Under the pieces are notes generated by a model, which had not been told where the DNA came from, did not search any database, and saw only the letters and a list, made by a program, of their open reading frames with translations. From Gracilinanus agilis (lineage: Eukaryota): a stretch of 64,000 nt of DNA. The position numbers were made by a program, and so were the translations under genes. Each line of letters starts with the position of its first letter. The stretch's first letter is position 1. The stretch spans positions 511,488,811 to 511,552,810 of the forward strand of contig NC_058132.1 of the NCBI RefSeq assembly GCF_016433145.1, read 5' to 3'. Of the stretch, positions 37,162-49,551 are shown piece after piece.

Positions 37162-38787
37162 TTCATGGTCTTTCCCTCCCCTCTCCTAGAGCCAACAAGC
37201 AATTCCACTGTATTTCCTCCCCTTTCTCATCATATCTTAAAAGCTTTTTGGGTGGTCCATGATGGTCCTACTGAGGGGTCTGTAAGGGTCAGCCTCTGCA
37301 GCCAGCTAGCCAAACTGCATCAATTTAAATCGAAGAGAAAAAACAAATCCAAATGTTGATTTGCTTCCCTCAGTTTTAGTGGTCTGTAGGTTTATTCTTA
37401 TTCCTAGAAAACCACCTTCATGTGGGCTAATGGTATGAAGAAGATAATGTGCTCTGGACTACTCTTGCCTTCACATCCCAATATTCTAGGTCTTGGCTTA
37501 ATGTGTGATGCTACCATCTTAGATGCCTTCATTCCACGTTCAAAGTACTGAATGCCTACTATGTACAAGACAGCCAACACAGTCAAATGAAGATCCCTTT
37601 ACTGGCAATACTCTGCTTAGAATTACAGTGATCTCTGTTCTGCTGACTTTGCCAGGCCTCATCTTTCTGCAAATGTAATTACATATCTATTTCCTTTCTG
37701 TCAGATGAATCACTTTTGTAGGCTTGAAGATGTTAGGACCTTGGAAGGCTGCTAGCAATTATGTGCACGTATGCTTTGGCAGAGCCGTCAAAGGCAGGAT
37801 GCCGAAGGTAAAATCATTGTAGGAGTAAAGCTCGAAAGGGGAATCCTAGTCACTGCCATTCATCGTGTCCTTCCTTTTCTTTTCTCCTTTAATGTTTTCT
37901 GGTTTCTTGGTACTTGAGGCCCTGAGAAAAATACCAATCACACGATGCTGGCTCCACTTGCTCAGACTTGTCATAAGGGCCTCAGAAGAAAAATTCCAGG
38001 GAATAGCAGTAAAATAATAGATCTTATTATTCTTTAGCATTTGGAAGTGCCCATTGTGATAGATGGTGATGTGGACTATGCCTTTGAGGGGATGAAAATC
38101 TAAATCTAAATGGCAATAGAGAATAGACAAGCAGGTACAAGTGGCTGGAGTAAAGGGCCTGAGGGCCTGGAAAGGAATGGCAGGATCCTAAATTTCCTAT
38201 TTTTTTTTTCTGTTCTCCTTGGGGCCGGTGACTCCATATAACATTAGGGATTTCCCTATTCCCTCTGCCTACATTTAAAATAAAATCATTTAATTTAAAA
38301 TGTGTTTTTTATATTTTTATTTATTATACAGCTGATGTTTCCTATTTGCCTTACCCTTCACCAAAACAAGAATCCCCACTCTTAAGAAAGAACAGTTAAG
38401 CAAAATAATCAGTACAACCTCTGTGAAATATATCATATACATTTATTCATGTCCAGAGCCTATCTCCTCTACAACAAATGAGGGAATTTTTTTTATCATC
38501 ATAGCTCTGGAACCAAGATTTGACAGTGTATATGATCTAAATTCTGTTGTTTAACATTATATATATTTTTATTCTATTTTCTTCCCTTTGCCTCCATTTA
38601 TACAAGTCTTCTCATCTTCATCTGAATTTGTCATATTTGTCATTTCTTCTAGCACAATATTATCCAATTGCATTTCTATGTCATGATTTGTTCAATCCTT
38701 TCCAAATGACAAGTACTTATTTGCTTTTAGGCTTTTGCTTTTCAAGGAGCACAGTGGATGCGTTTATGTGTATGGGGATCTTCTTTG

Positions 38788-39040
38788 GTGGTGTAGCTAG
38801 GTGGTACAGTGGATAGAACACTGAACTTCAAATAAGGAAGACTCTTCTTCATGTGTTCAAATCAGACCTCAGACATTTACTAGCTGTGTAACCCCTGGGC
38901 AAGTCACTTAACCCTGTTTGCCTCAGTTTTCTCTTCTCTAAAATGAGCTGGAGAAGGAAATGGGAAACCACTCCAGAATCTTTGCTAAGAAAATACCAAA
39001 TGGGATCATGAAGAGTTGGATATTACTGAACAATAATAAC
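38788..39040 (+). mobile_element. MAR1-type marsupial SINE
   Basis: tRNA-like head, CORE segment and tail GAGCTGGAGAAGGAAATGG.AAACCACTCCAG.ATCTTTGC.AAGAAAA...ACTGAACAA. Confidence 0.88.
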
Positions 39041-39204
39041 ACTGCAATTTACCTTTTGGGGGGGGCCTTTATTAGGTTTATTTTTCTTTTTCTTTTCTTC
39101 TTAATTTATTTTTATTGTCATGTAAAACACACTTCCATATTGGTCATTGTTGTAAGATCACACTCATACATAACCAAACTTCCCAAATAAACTTTTTCTT
39201 TTTT

Positions 39205-39760
39205 CAAAGAATTACGGACTCAAAAGTTAGAAAGGACTTCATAGATAATTAGGACAACCACTACCCAAATCATGAATCCCATCTTTAACACCTATAAGAA
39301 GTGATTATCCAGTTTCAGTTTAAGTGACTTTCATTACCCTATGAGAGAGCTCTTTCCCTTTTTTTTTACATTTCTCATTAGGAATTTTTTCTTTATGTTG
39401 AAGCTAAAAGTTGCTGTCCTATAACTTCCACTCACTAGTCCTAATTCTCTTTGAAACTGAATAAAACAGGTCTTGTATAACACGAAATGACCTTTTGAAT
39501 ATTTGAAGACAACTATCACATCCTCCTGTTTTCTCCAGAATATAGTTTTGTTTTCCTTCTTGTAATCTTTATATGATTTAGTTTCTAGCCCTCCTTCAAT
39601 TCTTATTACTTTTGCTTTAGAACCAAACATATTTGTCTCTGTCCCTTATAAACGATGGCATCAAAAACTGAACTTAATATTCCCAAGTACCATTTCTTTA
39701 GAGCAGAGTATAGCAGGGCTATCATCTCCTTTGCCATGTAGACTTTGATTTATTTCTTCT
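39205..39760 (-). mobile_element. CR1/L3 3' end
   Basis: The minus ORF 39334-39630 reads GLETKSYKD...VIVVFKYSKG...FSFNIKKKFL, matching the CR1 ORF2 C-terminus (GLE..YEERL...DLIAVFKYLKG...FRLDIRKNF). Confidence 0.8.
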
Positions 39761-41019
39761 ATTCATTCAGTTTAAGTTATCAGAAGGGTGTCGGGAAGAT
39801 AGGGCAAGCCTTTGTGTCAGGAAGATTTGGATTCAAATTTCACCTCTGACACATACTGTCTTTATAACTTTGGGCAAGTTAATTAACCTCTAAATGACCC
39901 AAGCATTTCTCTAAAACTGTTAAGTAGAAGAAAACTTATTGATCTGCATTAGTAAAGAAATTGTCTTCACTTGAGAGTTCCCTATGTGGATAAAATCACA
40001 AGACTTTACTCTTTCTCTCCCTACTAAAAGAAAAAAAACCTTGCAAAACAAGACTCAATAAGGTAGCTCTGAATTTAGAATTCTTTGTCATACACAAAAA
40101 CTTCTGTCTTCCTTTATGTCTTATCACCAGCTAATCTGAGGTTTTGTGTGACTGGAAAATTAAGACCTTCACCCGTGGAAGGCAAGAGACACAAGAGGTT
40201 CAATCTTGTAAGGAAAAACATCTCAATATTGATGCAATTACTAGGAACAGAATATTCCCCTGTACCCATGTGGTTCTGGACACCATCCAAGTTATTAATA
40301 GCCACGGTGACAGGGCTGTGCTTTATATTGTTTCCTCATCAAAGAGAACGGAATGTTTGTTAGGCTTCGGGGATTGTCACATGGAAACTATGTGAGTTGC
40401 CTGTGGCATGTTTTCTTGGCTCCTGCCTCAGTTTTCTGTCCTTTCTGCTTTTGTAGATGCCTGTGTTTGAGTGGAGGGCCATTGCTCAGTGACAAACTCT
40501 CTTTAGAATAGGCAGAGAAATAGTTCTATTACCACATAAAGGAGGGTAATAGTTGGAACTCAGTGTAAATCAGTGCTATGTCTCTGAGAGAATCTCATGA
40601 GACATAGACATGAATGTGTGTCTGGTGACACCTTACTAGGTCCAACTTACAGCAGTACCTGTCAATCAGTTAATAAGTAGAGTTTTCTAGGTAGAATATA
40701 GGATATAGTGTTAGATCTGGAATGAAGAAGTCCTGAGTTTGAATACTACCTTAGACATTTACTGTCTGACCTTGGACAATTCATTGACCTTCTTTCTCTG
40801 CCTCATTTTCATAATCTGTGAAATCTAATCTATTTTGAATCAGCATCTAAGCTATCTTTCCAAATGTAAATCTATGATTCTAAGTATTAAGTGCCTTCTA
40901 TGGTACAGGTACTATTCAAGGTACGTGGGTTACAAAAACAAAAATTAAACCATCTTTTCCTTCAAAGGGCTATAGCTTTTGAATTTCATTTAAAATACTT
41001 TATACATTTTATTTTTTAT

Positions 41020-41620
41020 ATAATAGTTTAAGTTTTTAAAATAATATTTTTCCCAATTACATGTAAAAACTATTTAAAAGATTTTCTGAAACTTTGAGTT
41101 CTAAATTCTCTCCTTCCCACTCAATTTCCTCACTTTTCTCCTCGCTGAGATAATAAATCAGTCTGATATTTTACATGAGCAATCATGTAAAAAATCTTTA
41201 CACATTAGTCATTTTGTGAAAGAAACCCCCCCACCACCAAAAGAAGAAAGTGAAATATAGTATGTTTTGCCCTGCATTCAGTCTATATCAAGTCCTTCTC
41301 TGGAGGCAGATAGTACTTTTCATTTTGAGTCCTTGGGACTGACTATTTTGTATCACTACATTGCTGAAGATAGCTAGGCCAATCATAGTTGTTCATTTAA
41401 TAATATTACTATTATTGTGTATAGTGTTCTTTGGGTTCTGCTCACTTCACTGTGCATCAGTTCATGTAATTCGAGGGTTTTCTGCAGTTATCCTGCCACA
41501 ATTTCTTATTGTACAATAGTATTAAATTATAATTATACATTATAACTTGTTCAGTCACTCCCCAATTGATGTTTAACACCTCAGTTTCCAATTCTTTGCT
41601 GCCACAAAAAGATAAATGCA
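41020..41620 (-). mobile_element. L1 3' fragment
   Basis: Antisense L1 3' UTR and ORF2 end (GTTCTGCTCACTTCACTGTGCATCAGTTCATG...TTCCAATTCTTTGC). Confidence 0.85.
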
Positions 41621-42594
41621 TTTTCCAAATAGATAACAGCTATCAGTGGTTTATTTTCATCAGTCTTAAAAGATTGGTCTCATTTAGTTACTTCATTAGT
41701 ATATTACATAGGGATCATAGGATTTGAGAGTTAAAAGAGATCTTTGTAGTCTAACTCCTTTATTTTTCAGAGGAGGAAAGTGAGGTATAGAATTCCACAA
41801 GTGGAAGATATCTTAGTGATTGCCTTGTCTCATCTCACTTGTTGAACTTGGAGTTAAGAATTCCCAAATTCCAATCCATCTTCAGGGATGCCTTAGCAAT
41901 ATGATCCCAGGATAAATCACTTTATGTGTCTTGATCCTAGTATCCTTAGCTTTAAAATGGCAATAACAATAGTACCTACTGTGCAGGGTTGTTGTGAGGA
42001 TAAAATGAGATAATATGGTCAAAGTGCTTTGAAAACCTTAAAACTGTGTAAATGCTAGTGATAATGATGACAATAATGATACTGCTGCTGCTGATAGTGA
42101 TGGCAATGGTGATGCAGATGAGGACCACTGGTGAACTGAAACTAAAACATTTTGTAGTATATTCAGGACTGAAACTCAGGTCTCCTGCTTTCTCTTTAAT
42201 ATATTGTACTTGAAACATCCTCTAACATATCCTCTCTTATCTTTGGCAGTTTTTTTAATTAGTATTTTTTCTCAGTTTAAATGGACTTAGTGATTAATTT
42301 TCATGTGTTATTATAATTACTTTTGTATTCAAATAGAGAAAAAGAAACCTGATTTGCCTTCTGTTGACTATCAAATATAGTCAAAAGAACCCTTGTCTTT
42401 ATTATTGAATTATTGCTATTATTATTATTACCACATTATCATCCTTGGAGCCTAGTGGACACAGAATTGACCTCGCAGTAAGGAAGAACTGGATTAAATT
42501 CTCTTCTCTGATATTAACTTAATTGATATTAATTTAAGTCACTTAGCTACTCAAGAAATTGTATGTCTTTGGGAAATCTTTAAATTTACATGCT

Positions 42595-43460
42595 GCATTA
42601 AAGAAATGCAGATTAAAAGAACTCTGAGATACTACCTCATACACATCAGATTGGTGTGACCCAAAACAGAAAATGATAAATCCTGGGGACGATGTGGGAA
42701 AATTGGAACACAAATACACTGTTGGTTGAATTGATACAGCAATTCTGAAGAATAATTTGGAGCTATGTCCAAAAGACTGTAAAACTATGCATTCTACTTG
42801 ATCCAGTAATACCACAGGTCTATATCCCAAAGAGATCATAAAGAAGGGGAAAGGATCTAGATATACAAAAATATTTATAGCAGCTTTCTTTGCAATAGCA
42901 AAAAAAATTGGAAACTGAAGGGATGTCCATCAGTTGCGGAATGGCTGAAGAAGTTGTGGTTTGTGGTTGTAACGGAATACTACTGTGTCATAAGAAATTA
43001 CAAACAGGAAGATTTCAGAAGAATTCAGCATTACTTGTGTGAATTGATGCAAAGTGAAGTGAGCAGAACCAAGAAAACACTGTATACAGTAATGGAAATA
43101 TTTTACTATGTTCAACTGTGGAACAGACTAAACTATTATCAGAAAGGACCCAAGACAACCCCACGCAGTGCTATCCATAGCCTTGGAAGAAAATGTCAGT
43201 GTATGAATACAAACTGAACTGTGCCATTTTTTGCTTTATTCCCTTCATGAGTTTTTTTTTTAAATCTATACAATATGTCCTCTTTCACAACATGAGGAAC
43301 AGGGAAAATTGTATTTTATGACAATATTAGAATAACCAGTATCAGATTGTTTGCTGAGTGGGGAGGGGAGGGAAAGAGAGAAAATTTTGGATTGTAGAAA
43401 GTCAGAAAGCAATTGTTAAAAATTGTTTCTACATGTAATTGCAAAAAAACTAAAGAAACG
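42595..43460 (+). mobile_element. L1 3' fragment
   Basis: GAAATGCAGATTAAAA.AACTCTGAGATAC.ACCTCA...TGTGGGAAAATTGGAACAC (ORF2 Cys-rich region) through the 3' UTR. Confidence 0.9.
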
Positions 43461-45609
43461 ATTTGGTAAAATGAATAATCCTTGTTTCAGATCTTTGCTG
43501 TTTAAGAGAGTTCTGTACTCCAAGTGCTCCACAGAGAAGAAATTATGGCCCAATTTTTTAAAAAACATGATCCTTCACTAAAAGTTACCTTTGTGTAATT
43601 ATAATTCTACCCCCATCCTTAAAAAATATTTTCTTTTTATAAAAACAATCAGAAAAGTTTCCAGGTATTTGAGGTCAATTTGTTTAAGTGATTTCTTTTT
43701 TTCCCCTCTCTGGTCTGGGGATGATAAAGATTATCAATTATTTCATATTAAACAGTAAAAAGTTCTAGAGTTTTCAGTTAGCATACATTTGGGAAAGGAT
43801 ACAGTAGAAACATAGAGAAGAGCTGAAGATAAAGGATAATGGAGCAGAAAATTTAGAAGGGATGGAGATGATTGGACAAGAGTGAAGTCCAGTGGGAGAC
43901 TGTGGAAGGTACACTTGCAGTCCAGTTGGCAGATGCATGCATTCCCAACATCAGTAATTGACACACAAAAAAGATATTATCATTTTTACATGTAAAGATA
44001 TGGTTCAATTATTAGTCCCTGCTTTCAGATATAATGGACTTACTATCTTCAAAAGCATTCGCTGGACATGGAATTCTTATTCTCTTTGGTTTTAATCTGA
44101 TCCTGCCTTCAGCAATAACTGTTACCTTTATTTCTTTGGATACTGGTCAAAACTATTCAATTTAATTTATGTTTCTGAAAACAGCATGTCTTCCTCCCCT
44201 ACCCCCATCTACACATAACTGACAAACAATTTGTGATTTAATTAGCTTAGGGAGCTCCCTTTCGGGAATTCCCTCCTCTAAGCATAGATTGCAACCTGTG
44301 CCACAGAAAGGTTTAAATGAATTATTCATGCTCACAATGATAGCAGGTGTCAGAGGTAAGATTTGAATCTAGGTCTTCCTGAGTCTAAACCCAGGACTCT
44401 CTCCAAGACTCTTCAGGATCTTTGCATACACACATTCTCTTAATATTCGTATCAAAACAAGTATGGGTTTCCCTCAGTGCTCAGAATCTCCTGCACTTTT
44501 TGCTGATAGAATAGAAATTTTACAAGGTTGCCCCGATACACACCACCAGTCCATTTGGTGTTTGGGCCATTGCCTTCTGTGACTAAGCCTCTCCTTTCAG
44601 CTGTCATCACAATTGATTTTGTGCAGCATTGCATAATTCAGAAGACATATTAACTCTAAGTCATTCTCTCCAAGGGAACATATACCATGCCACCAATTAT
44701 CTAGTTTTCAACCTGCAAGTCTGTCTGGAGGCTCTCACAGTGTGAATTGAACTCCACTAATTAGTCACCCCTAGTCATGCTCCCCTTCTCACTCTATTCA
44801 TTGCTTATTTTAGATTTGGAATGAATAAATTGGACCTAAAGACCCAGTTTCAGTTCTCCTCCTGCTGAAATTTATCTGTCTGGCATTTGATCACTGATAT
44901 TAAGCTGGGAGGGATATCTGAGAACACCTAGTCCAGTCTTGTCATTTTTTCAGTTGAAGACACAGAGAGGATAAGTGATTTAGCCAAGGTCACACAGATA
45001 GTAAGGATTCAACTCAATGCCTCTGATGTCAAAACCAGACTCTTTCCACTGTACCATGCATCTGCCCTCAAACCCTAATTCTGGATTCTGAAGTCTGTAC
45101 AGCCCTTGGCATTATCATTTTAAATACAAAGGCCTTCATGTGACAAAATATCACCACATGCTTAAACGTTCTTTGGGTATCTTTGACCTGCATTCCAGGA
45201 ATTTCAGGCTCACTTAAGAGTCATCTTCAATTCCGGGCTTGAATCATCAGACTGAGTTTCTGGTCTAGTGCCAGACTAACTTCTGATATTTAGAGAGTTC
45301 CAAGAAGAGTGGGTTGGTTTTGATTCACCAAGGAAATGAGTGTTTCTGGGTAGCTACAGAATTGATTCAGTCTTCTTAAATCTGTCAGCTCTGATCCAGC
45401 CCAGGTTCAGAATGAACTTCCCGTGTTTGTACCAAACAAGTTAAAGAACAAAAATCACGAGATGCCAAGGTACCAGATCATTGCTGCATCTGCAGGGACT
45501 TTACCCACTCATTGTTTATTTGTGGTTACCTATTGCCAGTAATTCCTCCTTCAACAATATCGTAAATATATAACTGCCTTTTGTCCCATGCTTTCGAATT
45601 GTCCTTCAG

Positions 45610-45678
45610 AGCGATCACATCTACTTTTGATGATGTTTGCACGTTATTTTTACTTGTCTTCCTCTTTCCAGTGGTTTT
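45610..45678 (+). CDS. Candidate internal coding exon (69 nt) of an unidentified gene
   Basis: AG-free pyrimidine-rich acceptor ...TTGTCCTTCAG and donor GTAAGT; open frame AITSTFDDVCTLFLLVFLFPVV (hydrophobic); phase 2-2. Confidence 0.3.
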
Positions 45679-45852
45679 GTAAGTATTAACTAATATCATG
45701 AGAACTTTAGCCATCTAGTTTTATCCTCAATATTTGTTGGGAATTTCTTTTATACCATTTTTAAAAAGAGGACTTTGATTTTTAAAAAAAAGTTATCAAA
45801 TTGACCTCCACCTTTCTTTAAGGAGAAGGAGCTCATTTAAGTTGATATATAG

Positions 45853-46374
45853 GCCAGGTATGGTGGCATAGGTCTGTTAATCTCTAGATGCTAGATGGGG
45901 AGGTTCGGGCTAGTAGACTGCTTGAGTACTGAGTTACAGTAAGACTAAAGACAATCTTCTGTCCGAACTAATTCAAGCATCAGTAAGAGAAGATCTTGAG
46001 TTCTGGAAGACACTAGTCTGCCAAGAGAGGTACAAACTGGATTCAGGAAAAAGCAGGTCAAACCTTCTGTGCAACTAGATCAGCACTGATATTGAACCTA
46101 TGAGGGGTCACTATACTTCTTTTTCCCCAAATCTAATTAATTCATTAATTAATTAAGAATGTTTTTCCATGGTTATATGATTCAAGTTCTTTCCGTCCCC
46201 TTCTCCCTCCCCCCTTTGGGAGCAATTCCACTGGGTTTTTCATGTATCTTTTCCATAACTTATTTCCATATTATTAATATTTGCAATAGAGTGATCATTT
46301 AAAAGTCAACATCCCCAATCATATCCCCATTGAACCATACTTCTAACCTGGGAGCAGCAGGGAGATCCAGTCTC
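45853..46374 (+). pseudogene. RN7SL: Full-length 7SL (SRP RNA) retrocopy, interrupted by an L1 fragment
   Basis: Collinear with 7SL: GCCAGGTATGGTGGC (5' Alu domain), TGTCCGAACTAATTCAAGCATCA and GAGCAGGTCAAA-like AAGCAGGTCAAA (S domain), CACTATACTTCT|AACCTGGG...GAGATCCAGTCTC (3' end), then an A-rich tail. Confidence 0.9.
46121..46336 (-). mobile_element. Short antisense L1 3' end inserted in the 7SL copy
   Basis: L1 3' UTR with an exact TSD ATACTTCT (46113-46120 / 46337-46344). Confidence 0.9.
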
Positions 46375-46489
46375 AAAACAATAACAATAGCAATAAAAAT
46401 GATTTGATTCTTCTTAGGATTTCAGGTAATCATTAATTATTGTAAATAAAGCAATTAGCAAAATGAAGTTAAAACATAGGAAGTTATTT

Positions 46490-46740
46490 TTGTTGTTATT
46501 CAGTCATTACAGTTATGCCTGATACTTTGTAGCCCCATTTAGGGTTTTCTTGGCAAAGATTTTGGAATGGTTTGTCATTTCCTTCTCCAGTTCATTTTAT
46601 AGATGAGGAAATTGAGTTAAAAAGGGTTAAATGACTTGCCCAGGGCCATAATTTCATATCTGGCTGGATTTGAACACAAGCAGAAGATTCTTTCTGGCTC
46701 CAGGCTTGACACTATTCACTGTACCAGCTAGCTGCCCCAT
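46490..46740 (-). mobile_element. MAR1-type SINE
   Basis: Reverse MAR1: TTTCTTGGCAAAGAT...TTTCCTTCTCCAGTTCATTTTATAGATGAGGAAA...CTAGCTGCCCC. Confidence 0.88.
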
Positions 46741-47450
46741 AGAGAAATTTATGGTTTTAATGAGAATCCTTGAATCAGAGAAGTGAGCTTGATTAATCAA
46801 TGACACTTCCAGAGAAGTACCTCCCTCCCCAAATAGAACCCAGCCTTGAAACAAAAAAAGTAGTTAAGCAAAGCAATCACATTGATCATGTATAATATCA
46901 TATGCTCTGTACTGTACTAGTAGTCCACTGGCTCTCTACTGAGAGAAAGGACACATGCCTGATCATCTTAGAGGATGGCCAAGATCAATCATAGAATCAA
47001 AGGTTTAGAGCTAGAAAAGACTTCAGAAGTCATCTAATCCTAACGCCTTCATTTTTACAGATGGGGAAACTGAGGTCCAGAACTAAAAAAGTGATTTGCC
47101 CTAAATCACTTAGGTGTTAGAACCAAAATTTACTCTCAGGTCCTCTTATTTATAAATCCCCTACACACTGCATGACAGCTCACTCTCTCAGATCAACCTA
47201 AAGGGGATGCCCCGAATTGAGGTTGCATTTATCTAAGTTCTAACTTCTAATATTATTTTCCTTTACATTATTGCAGACATTTCAAACATTGATCTCCTAA
47301 TTTTGCTTACATGGCCTTTTACCTGTTCATACTATTCTTGTTACATTTTTTGAATTTCTCATATTTGTCAGTGGTTATGAGGTAATGACATACCCTTAGG
47401 GGTATAAACCACAATTTCTTCAGTCACTCCTAGGTCAGTGGCAATGCAGG

Positions 47451-47452
<2 letters not shown>

Positions 47453-47499
<47 letters not shown>
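47453..47499. repeat. (TG)n microsatellite
   Basis: About 23 uninterrupted TG units. Confidence 0.97.
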
Positions 47500-47500
<1 letters not shown>

Positions 47501-47794
47501 CACAAAAATCCTGCTGTCAACAATTTAGCATTCCTTCTTCTTTAACTTCCTCATAGCAAATGTCCAGTAGTGGTATTTAGATCTAGAAGGGACTTTAGAG
47601 ATCCTATAGACTGATGCCTTGAGACCAAGTGGGGTTAAATTCTTTTTAAGGTCAATGTGATAGGATATGGGAAATTTGATCTCAGTTTCTGCAGTTCTAA
47701 GTTCACCATTCCTTTCTTTGTGTCAAAATTTCTTCCTTGGGCAAAGGATATTTAGTAGATTAGTCACTTTATTAGAGGGTCTCATTTATTATAT

Positions 47795-47915
47795 GACCAT
47801 ACTACTAGAAACACCACTACTACTACTACCACTGCTGCTACCGCTGTTGCTGTTGCTGCTGATACTACCAATACTACTACTGCTGTTGCTGTTGCTGCTG
47901 CTATTACTACTACCT
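47795..47915. repeat. Mosaic CTA/CTG/TTG trinucleotide repeat
   Basis: In-register trinucleotide runs with the repeated subunit CTGTTGCTGTTGCTGCTG. Confidence 0.9.
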
Positions 47916-49094
47916 AATTTATATGGCATTTGATGGCATGCTTGACATATATCATTTTTATAAGGAATGATGAAAATTCTTTTCATTTTCTCTTTATAAA
48001 TAACACAGTGTGTGTATTATACCTTCTGACATATCATTCACTTTTTTTCTTTCACATTTAGGGGTCTTGTGTTAAAATAAATATATATTTTAAATTTTCT
48101 AAATTTTCTTTCATCTTATTTGTTGTCAATTAGAATACCTGTAAGTAATATGCCAAGTAAGATCACCTTTTCAGCTCCATTTAGATTTTTAAAAGATAGT
48201 CTTTGTGATTTTGATATACTTTGGTTCTTTGTTTGCTAGAGTTTATTTGTAGTTTTCTCTTTGGCTTGCCCTAGGTAAGATTTATGGTTGTAGAATTATC
48301 AAAGGATTGGGGATAAGATTTTACTATTTGGTAAAAACATTGCTAATTAACTGGCCTTCTATGTGATATAATCTCCCCATTCACAAAAATAAATTCGGTG
48401 TCTTGAAGAATGAAAGCCACTATATTACTCTGCCATGGAGACGACTCTTGAGTTTTCCTGGATGGCCAACATACTTTGTAAATCAACTCAGTGTTAGTGA
48501 TAATAACATTTTATATTATATATTTAGAATTTTACATTTAAGATTCTTTATTTTAAAAAAAAGCCTGTGAGATGGATAGCACAAGTATTTTACATTCCAC
48601 TACATAAGGGGAAACTAAGTTTTAAAGAGTTGAAGCAACTTATCCAAAGTCATATTGCTAGCAGATATTAAAGAAAGGAAGAAAACATAAGGGTTATGTG
48701 TACCTTCTTACTCTCATGCTTAAATCCTTTGAAAGACAATGATTTTATCAGGATAAATATTTCTTTCACCAGTGAAGAACATAATTTTTTCACATGTCAT
48801 TAGTACTTGTTTTGGGGGGAATTTTTTTTTTAAAAGCAAAGAAATATGGTAGCCAATTTTTTAGTGATGGGCTTCCCTATATTTAGCTAGAGAGAAACCT
48901 AGTCTGTTTCCAGTTGCAAATTCAAAGCTTTGCCAAGCTCCTGAGAGCTTGACCTTTATTTATATGTCCCCTTGCGAGCTAAAGCTCTCTTTCACAATAT
49001 GAAGGATTACAATAGAACCCTGGAAGGGATTGGACAGGATAAATGATATGCCAAGCTCACACAGTCTCATATTGCTACAACCTCCTATTACTTC

Positions 49095-49335
49095 TAGGTG
49101 GTTCAGTGGATAGAGTGCCCTGCCTGAAGTCAGGAAGGCCTGGGTTCAAATCCAGACTCAGGCACTAATTAGTTGTGTGATCCTAGACAAGTCACTCAAC
49201 CCTATTTGCCTCCGTTTTCTCATATGTTCAATGAACTTAGAGAAGGAATAGCAAAACAGTCTAGTATCTTTATCAAGGAAACCCCTGTGGGGTCACAAAG
49301 AGTCAAACAGGACAAAAACAACTGAACAATGCTTT
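49095..49335 (+). mobile_element. MAR1-type SINE
   Basis: CTAGGTGGTTCAGTGGATAGAGTG head, GGTTCAAATCC box B and a MAR1 tail ending ACTGAACAA. Confidence 0.85.
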
Positions 49336-49469
49336 TTACTTCAAGTGCATTTCATTTTTTCTTGTGACATGTATTTTTCCTTTGAACAATCTCTCCACCT
49401 CTATTTTTTAATCTACTTTTTCCCTGCGGATGGTAGTAGCGATTGGCTTTTCTCATTTTATTCATACAG

Positions 49470-49551
49470 AGATACCAATTACTCAAATACCATTAAAAAA
49501 AAACTTTGGAATGCAGGCTCAAATGACAATGAGCCTGGTTTCTTCTCACAG
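49470..49551 (+). CDS. Candidate internal coding exon (82 nt) of an unidentified gene
   Basis: Acceptor TTTTCTCATTTTATTCATACAG and donor CAG|GTATGAG; open frame DTNYSNTIKKKLWNAGSNDNEPGFFSQ; phase 2-0, compatible with the 45610 candidate. Confidence 0.35.

Noticed and set aside
36606-37208. 191-200 aa ORFs
   Set aside because: They span the N gap.
44452-44634. Minus-strand ORF (AERRGLVTEGNGPNTKWTGGVYRG...) as an exon
   Set aside because: Weak acceptor, no donor, no recognised homology and phase-incompatible with the neighbouring minus ORF at 45526-45714.
45672-45678. 7-nt micro-exon TGGTTTT between TTCCAG and GTAAGT
   Set aside because: It would shift the frame; the 69-nt exon using the same donor is the simpler reading. 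Neither is proven.
47667-47986. Poly-Leu and poly-Ser ORFs
   Set aside because: They are translations of a trinucleotide repeat mosaic.
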